From positions 192,001-256,000 of the forward strand of contig CBDCJH010000002.1 of NCBI GenBank assembly GCA_965217775.1: DNA of 64,000 nt, read 5' to 3'. This DNA comes from Acidobacteriota bacterium (GTDB taxonomy: Bacteria > Acidobacteriota > UBA6911 > RPQK01 > JAJDTT01). The translations under genes were made by a program, and so were the position numbers. The notes under the pieces were generated by a model. That model saw only the letters and a program-made list of their open reading frames with translations. It had not been told where the DNA came from and ran no database searches. This document shows, piece by piece, positions 21,859 through 30,767 of this stretch; position 1 is the stretch's first letter, and each line of letters starts with the position of its first letter.

Positions 21859-22100
21859 GCCCGCATTTCTCACCAGGGGGCGTGACGATCGCGCAGGATT
21901 TTCGCCCTCAGCGCGTGCTCGCGACCGAGAGCGTAGTGGTGACTACGTTTGAGGGAGCATGTGCGCGCTGAGGGCGAAAAGACCAGCGAGGGCGCGCCCA
22001 GCGAAGTCTGTTCCCGAGAGACCTTGGCAATAGGCCGGTAAGTGGTGAAGAATAAATTCTTTTTCATCATAAGCATAGCGGCCTGGTGAGAAATGCGGGC
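21859..22100 (+). mobile_element. MITE family 2, copy B (242 bp)
   Basis: Perfect 19-bp TIR GCCCGCATTTCTCACCAGG; perfect internal 17-bp stem 21899-21915/21964-21980; flanks TG/TA. Confidence 0.9.
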
Positions 22101-23763
22101 TAGAGTTCTGATCCTGTTGATTCTGGGGACTCAGCTCCCTTTCCTCTTCCAGGCATTCCACATCGACGACCGCATCTATCTGCGGGTGGCCGAAAACATT
22201 CTGCAGACGCCCCTCTATCCCTACGACTTCCGTATCAGTTTCGAGGGCATGGGGGCGCCCGATGCCGCCAGTCACAGCCACCTGCCCCTGGTGAGCTACT
22301 ATCTGGCATTGCTGAAGTGGGTGACCAACAGCGAGGCCGAGTGGGTCTACCATCTCGGCTTTCTGGTCTTTCCCTTCTTGGCGGCGTGGGGGTTCCACGA
22401 TCTGGCGCGCCGCTATGTCCGGTTTCCCCTGGCCGCATCCTGCCTCCTGGTCACGGCGCCCGGTTTTCTCGTTTCCAGCCACACCGTCATGACCGACGTC
22501 CCCTTCTGGTCCCTTTGGATCGTGGCCCTTTCCCGTTTCCTGCGGGTGCGGGACGGGACCGCCACGGGTTGGGACTGGCTGATCTGGGGAGTTTCATTGC
22601 TGGGAACCTGTTTCATCTCCGTTTTGGGGGCCGGCTTGGTACTGCTGATGCTGGTCTGCCTCTTCCTGCGGGAGGCTGGGGCTCCCCGGATCTCCAGGGG
22701 AAAGATGCTGCTGGTCCTGGCCTCTCCGCTGCTGCTGTGGGGTCTTTGGTACCTGCGCGCCTTTCTCCACTACGATCGCTTTCTGCTGCTGAACACGGCT
22801 ATTCACGCACTCGGACGAGACATCTATTCGGGTTCGATCGTGGGGGAGAAAACACTCTCCCTGCTGCTGAACCTGGGTGGAACGGTGCTCTTTCCCGTGG
22901 CGCTCTGGTACGGTCTGGCCGGCCGCATCGGCGCCCGCATTCTGGCCGTCCTGTTCCTGCTCGCCTTCGTCCCCTTCTATCTGTGGTGGGAGGACTGGAC
23001 CTGGAGCCAGGCATTTCTGTTTTCCCTGTTTCTCTCCAGCGGCGTGGCGGTGTTCTGGCGTTTTCTGTCCGGCTTCGGGACCGAACTCCTCTTTAAACGG
23101 GACTGGCGCTGGCTTCCCATCTGGCTCTGGTTCTTCGGGGGCTGCCTGGCGTGCCTCCTCATGTACTATTCGGGATCGGTGCGATACTCGACGCTGGTGG
23201 CGGGACCGGTGATTCTGCTCTGGATCGCCTCCCTGGAGCAACGGGTCAAGGAGGCCTATCTGCTCCGGAACCTGGTCTGGCTCGGGGTGGTCCTGACCGC
23301 CGTCTACTCTCTGACCATAGCCCACGCCGACTACCGTTTCGCTCGGAGCTACCGGCAGGCGGCCCAGGAGATCGCACAGGATTACGGACACGAGGGGAAA
23401 ACGCTCTGGTTCACGGCCGAGTGGGGTTTCCGCCATTACCTGGAGCGGGAGGGAGCCAAGATACTGGAGCGGACCGAAGTCGGCCCCGAGGCCGGAGATA
23501 TCCTGGTCAAGCCGGTCCTGGCTTCCCCGTGGGTGACCCTCTACGATTCCGACGAATACCTCGATCTGCTGGAGCAGCGCCCGGCCCGCATGAGCACTCC
23601 GTGGCGCATTCTGGACCCGTCCTCCCACGCTGGGTTCTACAGCACGGGCTGGGGCATGCTCCCCGTCAGCATCACCGGAGGAATGCCTTGGGAGTGGTTC
23701 AATATCTTCCGGGTCAAGAAGCCCTATGATGGTCCCGTCCCCGAGCCTGCAACCCACTGGTGA
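22093..23763 (+). CDS. GT-C fold membrane glycosyltransferase (ArnT/PMT_2-like)
   Basis: First-loop HIDD acidic pair, HLPLVSY, MTDVP, many TM helices, C-terminal periplasmic domain; ATG lies in the MITE TIR. Confidence 0.72.
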   Translation: MRARVLILLILGTQLPFLFQAFHIDDRIYLRVAENILQTPLYPYDFRISFEGMGAPDAASHSHLPLVSYYLALLKWVTNSEAEWVYHLGFLVFPFLAAWGFHDLARRYVRFPLAASCLLVTAPGFLVSSHTVMTDVPFWSLWIVALSRFLRVRDGTATGWDWLIWGVSLLGTCFISVLGAGLVLLMLVCLFLREAGAPRISRGKMLLVLASPLLLWGLWYLRAFLHYDRFLLLNTAIHALGRDIYSGSIVGEKTLSLLLNLGGTVLFPVALWYGLAGRIGARILAVLFLLAFVPFYLWWEDWTWSQAFLFSLFLSSGVAVFWRFLSGFGTELLFKRDWRWLPIWLWFFGGCLACLLMYYSGSVRYSTLVAGPVILLWIASLEQRVKEAYLLRNLVWLGVVLTAVYSLTIAHADYRFARSYRQAAQEIAQDYGHEGKTLWFTAEWGFRHYLEREGAKILERTEVGPEAGDILVKPVLASPWVTLYDSDEYLDLLEQRPARMSTPWRILDPSSHAGFYSTGWGMLPVSITGGMPWEWFNIFRVKKPYDGPVPEPATHW

Positions 23764-25354
23764 GCGGCCGCGGCCGGCGCCGGATCGATTCGCGGTCCTC
23801 TTCCTGGGACTGGGCGTCCTGGTGCTGCACCTGGTCTGGCTGGCGCAGGATGAGCAGCCCCAGGTCTGGGACATGGCGCACCATCAGATCAAGGGCTGGG
23901 AGTCGCTCCGGACCCTGAACGCCGGGAGGCTGCCGGAAGACTTTCCCTCACTCTCCTCTTACTACCCACCCCTCTACTACCTCCAGGAAATGGTGGTTCT
24001 GTCCCTGTGGCCCAACCGGGACGCCCTGGTCTTCCTTTCCAATCTTCCGGGGCTGATCATGCTCTTCGGCGGCGTCTGGTGGCTGGCCTCCAGATGTCTG
24101 ACGCAGGGAACCGCCCCCTGGGCGGCGCTGCTGGCCTGGTGCTTTCCCCTCGTGGCCTGGACCAGCCGCTTCTCTCTCTTGGACGTGGCGCTCAGCGGGT
24201 GGGTCATGCTGGCCCTCTGCCTGGTGGCCAAAAGCCGCCATCTGGAACGAAAGGGCTACAGCCTGTTGCTGGGTCTGGTCATCGCGGCGGGGCTCTTGAC
24301 CAAGTGGACCTTCATCCTGTTTCTGGTGTTTCCGTTGGTTTGGGCGCTGGTCCGCTCCCGGAACCGGAAGCGTTCGCTCCTGAATCTGGTCGATGCCGCG
24401 CTGGTGGCTGCTCCTCCGGTCTTCTGGTGGTACCTGCCCAATGCCGGGAACCTGCTGGAGCGCTTCACTCTCACCATGCAGGCGGCTGGATGGGAACACG
24501 ACCCCGGTCTGGGTTCCCTGCTGGGCTGGCTTTACTATCCCAGGTCGCTGGCCAGCTACTACCTGTTCCTTCCCCTCACCGTGCTCTTCATCGTGGGGGC
24601 CGTCCTCAAGTCCGAGCGGAAGCGGGACCGGCCTCCGGAGGTGGGCCTGATCCGATGGAGCTTCTGGGGGGGACTTTTTCTGCTGACGATGTTGGAGGCC
24701 AAGGATCCAAGATATGTCCTTCCGCTGGCCGGACCGTTGGCCATTATGATTTTCCTGCCCTGGGATCGGCGCCGGTGGGTCGTACGCCTGGCGGCGATGC
24801 TGGCGCTGCTCCAATTTCTGGCCGTCTCGTTCCCTCTGCCTCTGGTCCCCGGAAAGCTGGCTCTTTTCCAGGTTTCTGACGATGGAGACTACCGGGGCGC
24901 CGGACGGGAGTGGGTCTTGTTCGCGTCCCGCTATTTCGACGTGGCCGGTCCGCCGCGGCGGGAAAACTGGCGCCACCGGGAGATCCTGGAGCAGATTCCC
25001 GAGGGGGCCGGAGTCGGCTTCGTCCCCGACTTGGCGCACTTTCATCTCTTGGCCCTCCGCCTCCAGGCTCTGGAGTCGGGAAGGGAACTGGACGTCATCC
25101 GGCTGGGCCATTCGGCGGAGTCAGTGGAGCATCTGCGCCGCGTGCAGGCCGTGGTCGGGAAGACGGGACACCAGGGGATCAGCTATCTCACCGCCTTCAA
25201 TCCAGCGGTGTACGAGCGCCTGGAGCAGACCGGTTGGCGTGTCTCCCGGCGCTGGCCGCTGCCCGACGGCAGCGAGGCACTTCTCTGGTTGCCTTCCGGC
25301 CATGGTGAAACGGCAGCCAACGGCCGGTCGAATGCCGTGCGTGACGATCTCTGA
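23726..25354 (+). CDS. GT-C fold membrane glycosyltransferase (ArnT/PMT_2-like)
   Basis: WDMAHH, YYPPLYY, LLDVAL, GLLTKWT, KDPRYVLP motifs, many TM helices. Confidence 0.78.
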   Translation: MMVPSPSLQPTGERPRPAPDRFAVLFLGLGVLVLHLVWLAQDEQPQVWDMAHHQIKGWESLRTLNAGRLPEDFPSLSSYYPPLYYLQEMVVLSLWPNRDALVFLSNLPGLIMLFGGVWWLASRCLTQGTAPWAALLAWCFPLVAWTSRFSLLDVALSGWVMLALCLVAKSRHLERKGYSLLLGLVIAAGLLTKWTFILFLVFPLVWALVRSRNRKRSLLNLVDAALVAAPPVFWWYLPNAGNLLERFTLTMQAAGWEHDPGLGSLLGWLYYPRSLASYYLFLPLTVLFIVGAVLKSERKRDRPPEVGLIRWSFWGGLFLLTMLEAKDPRYVLPLAGPLAIMIFLPWDRRRWVVRLAAMLALLQFLAVSFPLPLVPGKLALFQVSDDGDYRGAGREWVLFASRYFDVAGPPRRENWRHREILEQIPEGAGVGFVPDLAHFHLLALRLQALESGRELDVIRLGHSAESVEHLRRVQAVVGKTGHQGISYLTAFNPAVYERLEQTGWRVSRRWPLPDGSEALLWLPSGHGETAANGRSNAVRDDL

Positions 25355-25360
25355 CTCCGG

Positions 25361-25780
25361 TCAGTCCGATTCGGGAAGAACCGCTACGGTCCTGATTTCC
25401 ACGAGGGCCTTGGAGCCGGCCAGAGACTCGATATTGAGCAAGGTGTTGGTGGGATAGTCTCCATTCGGGTAGAGAGCGGGGAACAGTTCCCGGCGGGCCT
25501 CCAGGAAGGGACCGACCGATTCCACACCCACCAGGTAGGTGGTGAACTCCACCACGTCACCGAAGGAGGCGCCGGCGCCTTCGAGAATCCGGCCGATGTT
25601 CTCGAAAACCTGCCGCGTCTGGGCCGCGGCATCTCCTTCACCCACCAGCTTGCCGTCGGGTGCAGAGGCGGTCTGACCGGCGATGAAGAGAAGGCCTCCG
25701 GCACTCACGGCGTAGGAGTATTCTCCACCCGGAGGAAACACCCCCGGTGGATTGATGGCGGTTCGTTTTTTTCGGCTCAT
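25361..25780 (-). CDS. RidA/YjgF/YER057c family protein
   Basis: YSYAV..GGLLFIAGQ, QTRQVFENI, VEIRTVA. Confidence 0.9.
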   Translation of the reverse strand: MSRKKRTAINPPGVFPPGGEYSYAVSAGGLLFIAGQTASAPDGKLVGEGDAAAQTRQVFENIGRILEGAGASFGDVVEFTTYLVGVESVGPFLEARRELFPALYPNGDYPTNTLLNIESLAGSKALVEIRTVAVLPESD

Positions 25781-26481
25781 CGACTCGTCTCCATGGGTGA
25801 GCTCGGCTTTCTGGCCGTACAGACATAGCCCAGTGTCGTGTTTCGGGTTGGGTCCAGGAAGTCGAGAATGGGCAGTAGGATTCCCAGGACTCCGCCCAGG
25901 ACGGCAGCCAATGGGAACAGCAGCCACCGCCATCCTCCCTGGAAGTAGAGTGTCGAATCCAGCAGCCGTCTTCCCAGAAGCGTGAAGAATCCACCGCCGG
26001 CTTCGATGGCAATGTCGGCAAAACCGGCCCGCTCCAGCAGCCAGTGGAGGCCGGGACGGGTATAGCGGAAGTAGTCGTGGGGAGCCTGATGGACTCCCCA
26101 TTCCTGGGGCGCCGCCAGGAGCAAGCGGGCACCGGGAGCCAGTACCCGGCTCAGCTCTTCCAGCACCGCCCGGGGGTCCCGGACGTGCTCCAGGACCACG
26201 ATGTTGATGGCCGCGCCGAAGGAGCCGTCCCGAAACGGCAGCCGCGCCAGATCCGCCACTCCGTCGAGCTGCGAGTAGTCCCAATCGGCGTCTCCCACGG
26301 CCAGGTCCACGGCCAAGTAGCGGCAATGGGAGAATTCGCGGGCGTACCGGCACTCGCCGGCGCCCGCGTCCAGCACCCGGGTGCCGGCCGGCAGGGAACG
26401 GGCGAACTCGGCCACACGGTCCTCGATCAAGGCTTCGAACCGGAGAATCAGCCGATGCAGCCAACGGGGCAGCCGATTCAT
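25777..26481 (-). CDS. Class I SAM-dependent methyltransferase (Methyltransf_11-like)
   Basis: VLDAGAG, LPFRDGSF, VLEHV, RVLAPGARL, HQAPHDYFRYT; start uncertain (26481 or 26523). Confidence 0.88.
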   Translation of the reverse strand: MNRLPRWLHRLILRFEALIEDRVAEFARSLPAGTRVLDAGAGECRYAREFSHCRYLAVDLAVGDADWDYSQLDGVADLARLPFRDGSFGAAINIVVLEHVRDPRAVLEELSRVLAPGARLLLAAPQEWGVHQAPHDYFRYTRPGLHWLLERAGFADIAIEAGGGFFTLLGRRLLDSTLYFQGGWRWLLFPLAAVLGGVLGILLPILDFLDPTRNTTLGYVCTARKPSSPMETSR

Positions 26482-26604
26482 CGTCCGCCGGTGCCAGGGT
26501 GTGATTTCGTTGGGACCGGTCATGCTGCTGAGAAAGGACGAATGACGAACCGATAGACGAATAGTGCAGCGCACCGGCGTTCCCACCGATTCCGCCCCCG
26601 GCCG

Positions 26605-27030
26605 TTACGGGCCATCATCGAGACGGCAGGCTCGCAGAAAGTAGTCGGGGAACGTGCACGGTCGGCCGTGCCCGTTGGTGGCAATGTGCCGGCTTTCTCC
26701 CCGGGCGTAGTTCACGCTTCCGGTGGGGTCCACGATCCGGTAACCAAAGGTCATCCCCCGCCGGCCCAGGCGCTTGAGACGGGTTCGTATCATGAACTCG
26801 CGGTCGTAAGAGAGTGGCTTCATGTAGCGGCAATTGATTTCCACAACCGGAAGGAACGTCTGCGATTCCCGTTCCAGATGGTCGTAGCTCAAGCCCAACT
26901 CCCGAAAGAACTCGAGCCGCGCGACCTCGAACCAGATCAGATGGTTGGAATGGTGAGCGAACCCCATCTGGTCGGTCTCGGCGTAGCGCACCCGGAATCG
27001 GGTTTCAGCGACACGGTCTCGAATCATCAT
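26605..27030 (-). CDS. Acyl-CoA thioesterase (YbgC/FadM, 4HBT family)
   Basis: RVRYAETDQMG.AHHSN.LIWFE.AR motif. Confidence 0.9.
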   Translation of the reverse strand: MMIRDRVAETRFRVRYAETDQMGFAHHSNHLIWFEVARLEFFRELGLSYDHLERESQTFLPVVEINCRYMKPLSYDREFMIRTRLKRLGRRGMTFGYRIVDPTGSVNYARGESRHIATNGHGRPCTFPDYFLRACRLDDGP

Positions 27031-27097
27031 GATGTCACCGGGCTCCATGGCTCCCAGTCTACTACGGACGAAAGAGGAGAGAGGATCATTACGATAG

Positions 27098-27255
27098 CAG
27101 TCCGTGGTGAAAGTCCCGCGAGCACCGAGACCGTTCCTGCGCCCGCCGGACAAGGCGCGATGAGGGAGCATACCGTGAGTATGTGACCGAATCGCAACGC
27201 AGTCCGCCGGGATGCAGGGACGGTCGAATGCCGTGACGACTTTTGCCACGGGCTG
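27098..27255 (-). mobile_element. MITE family 1, copy 3
   Basis: 158 bp, exact 4-bp target duplication ATAG/ATAG. Confidence 0.92.
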
Positions 27256-27352
27256 ATAGGCAGCCGACGCTTCAACACCGTTCTATTCTTTATCTCACCC
27301 GCAAGTCGGATACCTCGAATGGGACCGATCCACCCCGGAGCCACGCGGCACC

Positions 27353-27388
27353 TCCTCTTCTCTCACTCCTCACTCCTCACTCCTTCTC
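27353..27388 (-). repeat. Heptamer tandem repeat (CACTCCT)x3
   Basis: TCCTCTTCTCTCACTCCTCACTCCTCACTCCTTCTC; first 26 nt identical to 9356-9381. Confidence 0.75.
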
Positions 27389-27432
27389 TTGAGCCTTGAT
27401 TCGTATGGGCCGGGACTGGAATACTCGGGTCC

Positions 27433-28152
27433 ATGGTTCCACATCGTCGGCTGCTGGCCACCTCTATTCTGTGTGTCTTGCCATTGTTCTCCCTCACGGA
27501 GGTCCCGGCCCAGAAGTACGTGCCCGACCTGCCGGTGGTGGAGACCGATTCCGATGGCCGCCCTCCCGCCGACGCCCTGGTTCTGTTCGACGGCTCCGGA
27601 AACTTTGGCTTCACCCAACCGGATGGCAGTCCGGCGGACTGGAAGGTGGAGGATGGCGTGCTGATTGCGGGGGATCACGACCTCATCAGCAAGGATTGGT
27701 TCCGGGACGCCCAGGTCCACGTCGAGTTCAATCTACCCGGCGACGACCCGTCCCACGGCAACAGTGGCCTCTATTTTCACGACCTGTACGAGGTCCAGAT
27801 CCTGGATTCCCACAACCCCAACAGATTCACCGCGAAACAGCAGTGCGCCTCACTCTTCAACCTCTACGCCCCCATGGTCAACGTGACCCGGGCGCCGGGC
27901 GAGTGGCAGAGCTACGACATCCTGTTTCGAGCCGCCCGCCTGGACCGGCGATCAGGCAAGGTCGTGAAACCGGCCCGTTTTACGATTCTTCACAATGGAG
28001 TCCTGGTCCAGTACGAGCGCACCCTCAGGGAAGGGACGGGCCGGGGCCGGAGAAACCCCATGGTCTCGGAGGGACCGCTGAAGCTGCAGGCCCATGGGAG
28101 TCCGGTTCGATTCCGCAATATCTGGATCCGGCGCCTGCCGTATCAGCCCTGA
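27433..28152 (+). CDS. DUF1080 / 3-keto-disaccharide hydrolase family, secreted
   Basis: Signal peptide, VLFDG, HVEF, GNSG, YEVQILDS, GEWQSYDI, LQAHG..VRFRNIWIR. Confidence 0.9.
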   Translation: MVPHRRLLATSILCVLPLFSLTEVPAQKYVPDLPVVETDSDGRPPADALVLFDGSGNFGFTQPDGSPADWKVEDGVLIAGDHDLISKDWFRDAQVHVEFNLPGDDPSHGNSGLYFHDLYEVQILDSHNPNRFTAKQQCASLFNLYAPMVNVTRAPGEWQSYDILFRAARLDRRSGKVVKPARFTILHNGVLVQYERTLREGTGRGRRNPMVSEGPLKLQAHGSPVRFRNIWIRRLPYQP

Positions 28153-28236
28153 ACCCACCTGGTCCACACGCCGTTTCCGTACAGAGGCAGGATGTACGGG
28201 GGAGCCTGACGGCCCCCCCGGTGAGAAATACGGTCG

Positions 28237-29526
28237 CTAGACCTTGGGTTCCCAGCCCTTGGCGTATTCCTTGGACCAGTAACCCATGGCCTCATCGTCT
28301 CCCAGGATATGGCCGTTGCCGGGGTCGCATCTGAGGTTTCGGCCGGTGCGGTGAGCGATGTTGCCCAAGTGGCACATGAGCGTGCTCTTGTGGGCCTCGA
28401 GGATCTCGGCGTTGCAGATCGTGGGGTCGTCGTTGCGGATTGCAGCCAGGAAGTTCCGGGCGTGGGGGAGGTCTCCGTAGCTGTCTTCTCCCTTCTTCGC
28501 GACCAGTTTGTCGTCCTTATCGTAGAGGGCGTAGGATCCCATCGTGCCCAGGTCCAGAGCTCCCCGGTCCCCATAAAAGGTGATGAAGCCGGGGCTGTGG
28601 CGGTTGTTGCTCAAACCGGCCCAGGAGATGGATCGCTTGCCTTCGAATTCGTAGCAGACGGTGTGGGTGTCGGGAGTCTCCTGATCGTCATCGAAGAGAT
28701 AGCGGCCGCCGCTGGAGGTCACCCGGATCGGGTAATCGACGCCCATTCCCCAACGGCACAGGTCCAGGGTGTGGACACCGTTGTTTCCCAACTCCCCGTT
28801 GCCCCAGTGCCAGTGCCAGTGCCAGTTGTAGTGGATCAGGTTGTCCTTGTAGGGAACACGGGTGGCCGGTCCCTGCCAGAGGTCGTAGTCCAGGTGAGCG
28901 GGGACGGGCACCGGCTTGCCCCGGCCCAGGGTGCCCCGGCCGCTGTTGTACCAGGTGCGAACCATGTATACGCGGCCGATGGCCCCTTCCCGCAGTTGTT
29001 GAACGGCCTCTCGGGTTCCGGGGGAGCTTCGTCGCTGGGTCCCCATCTGGACCGCCCGGTTGTACTTGCGCGCGGCGGCGACCATGAGTTCTCCCTCGCG
29101 GGGGGTGTGGCTGCACGGTTTCTCCACGTAGGCGTGCTTGCCGGCGGAACAGGCCAGGATGGTGGCCGGGGCGTGCCAGTGGTTGGGCCCGGAGTTGAGC
29201 AGGGCGTCCACCTCGGGATCGTCCAGGATTCGCCTGAAGTCTCCTACTTTCTGAGGCGCTCTTCCCGTCTGCTGCTCGACCGTGCGGGCCACCTTGTCCA
29301 GACGGAGCGAATCGACGTCGCAGACGTATTTGATGTGGACATTGGGTTGTTGTCCGAAACTTTCGGCCAGGCGTCTGCCCCGGCTCATCCCCATGATCCC
29401 GACGACGACGCGGGTGTTGGGCGAATCGTATTTGGCGGTGCTCTTGGCCGAGACCGACAGTCCGGAAGCGGCTACTCCGATGGCGGCGCTCCCCAGAAAA
29501 CGTCTCCGGTCGATGGATTCAGACAT
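28237..29526 (-). CDS. Tat-exported Gfo/Idh/MocA oxidoreductase
   Basis: DRRRFL Tat motif, PNHWH, HAYVEKP, QMGTQRRS, DLWQGPA, GNGELGNNGVH. Confidence 0.92.
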   Translation of the reverse strand: MSESIDRRRFLGSAAIGVAASGLSVSAKSTAKYDSPNTRVVVGIMGMSRGRRLAESFGQQPNVHIKYVCDVDSLRLDKVARTVEQQTGRAPQKVGDFRRILDDPEVDALLNSGPNHWHAPATILACSAGKHAYVEKPCSHTPREGELMVAAARKYNRAVQMGTQRRSSPGTREAVQQLREGAIGRVYMVRTWYNSGRGTLGRGKPVPVPAHLDYDLWQGPATRVPYKDNLIHYNWHWHWHWGNGELGNNGVHTLDLCRWGMGVDYPIRVTSSGGRYLFDDDQETPDTHTVCYEFEGKRSISWAGLSNNRHSPGFITFYGDRGALDLGTMGSYALYDKDDKLVAKKGEDSYGDLPHARNFLAAIRNDDPTICNAEILEAHKSTLMCHLGNIAHRTGRNLRCDPGNGHILGDDEAMGYWSKEYAKGWEPKV

Positions 29527-29612
29527 TGTGGCTCCTCCTTAAAGTGACGATGATTCGCCATTATCGCCGGGGGGTGTTTTCCGATCAAGCCGCCGCATGG
29601 ATTAACGACGGC

Positions 29613-30767
29613 TCACAGGCTGATCTTCACCAGTCCCAGGAGAGCGATGACGGCGGTGGCGGCCAGACCCAGTGAAAAGGCTTTGGTCCCACCCGTTCTG
29701 AAGGTCCGCAGGTCGGTCATCAGTCCGACTGCGGCCATGGCCCCCGTGATGATCCAGCGGGCCGAACTGCCCAGCAGCAGCGCCAGATCCACCCGGTAGT
29801 CTCCTGGACCCAGGATGAATCGATCCGTCAGGTGGAGAGTGACTTCCGGAAAGAAGCCCAGGGTCCGTAGCAGCGCCATGCTCAGGAAGAGGAGGACGAA
29901 GCTCGGCAGAAGTTTCCCGTAGTGGATGGTGCGCCGGGGAAAGGCGGCTACCCGGCGCCGTCTGCGAGCGTAGAGAAATCCGATGACGAAGACGGCGGGA
30001 CCCAGAACCGAGATCCGCGTGAGCTTGACGATCGTGGAGAGCTCGCCGGCCAGTTGCCCGTTCAGATGGTGGGCAAATCCGGCGGCCAGCACCTGTGGGG
30101 TGGCGTGGATGGAGAGGCCGCACCAGACGCCGTAGCTGGAGGCGGTCAGGTCCAGGAGCGCGCCCAGGAGGGGGAACAGGAGCATGGCCAGCACGCCCAT
30201 CAGGTTGACGGTGGCAATGGACAGTGCCACGTCTCGTTCCTCTCCATCCACGACGGGCGCCGTGGCCACGATGGCGGAACTGCCGCAGATTGCCGTCCCC
30301 ACCCCGATCAGCAGGGAGAGCCTTTCCCCCATTCCCAGCAGGCGTCCCAGAAGCCACGTGCTCGCCACCACGCCGGCGATGATGACCAGGACCGCCAGCA
30401 GCACGTCCAGACTCACTTGAAGCATGGTGTAGAAATCCAACCGGGCGCCGAGCAATATGATTCCCACGGGGAGCAGCTTCCTGACCACCAGGTCCACACC
30501 GGGTTTCAGATCCGCGGAAGCCCGAACCAGATTCCGCAGGGCCATGCCCAAGAGCAGCGCCAGCAGGACTTCGCTGACGGGATGAAGTCCGTCGCTCGTG
30601 GTGAACGGGGGGTAGGGCAGGTGGTTCAGCCAAGCCGCGATCCCGGTCAGTACACTGCAGACCAGCAGGCCCGGCCACCGGGAGGCCTTTTGGGGAACCG
30701 CCAGTTTCTTGCGGAACTGTCGTTCGAACCTCCGCTCCGACCGGCTCAGGTCCGATTTCCAACTCAA
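29613..30767 (-). CDS. YeiH / UPF0324 putative sulfate exporter family membrane protein
   Basis: GIILLG, GTAICGSSAI.A.AP, GLSIHATPQV, IVKLTR, AMAAVGL; TTG start overlaps the cysK stop. Confidence 0.85.
   Translation of the reverse strand: MSWKSDLSRSERRFERQFRKKLAVPQKASRWPGLLVCSVLTGIAAWLNHLPYPPFTTSDGLHPVSEVLLALLLGMALRNLVRASADLKPGVDLVVRKLLPVGIILLGARLDFYTMLQVSLDVLLAVLVIIAGVVASTWLLGRLLGMGERLSLLIGVGTAICGSSAIVATAPVVDGEERDVALSIATVNLMGVLAMLLFPLLGALLDLTASSYGVWCGLSIHATPQVLAAGFAHHLNGQLAGELSTIVKLTRISVLGPAVFVIGFLYARRRRRVAAFPRRTIHYGKLLPSFVLLFLSMALLRTLGFFPEVTLHLTDRFILGPGDYRVDLALLLGSSARWIITGAMAAVGLMTDLRTFRTGGTKAFSLGLAATAVIALLGLVKISL

Noticed and set aside
28801-28830. (TGCCAG)n microsatellite-like run
   Set aside because: Encodes the NWHWHWHW segment of a conserved Gfo/Idh/MocA motif
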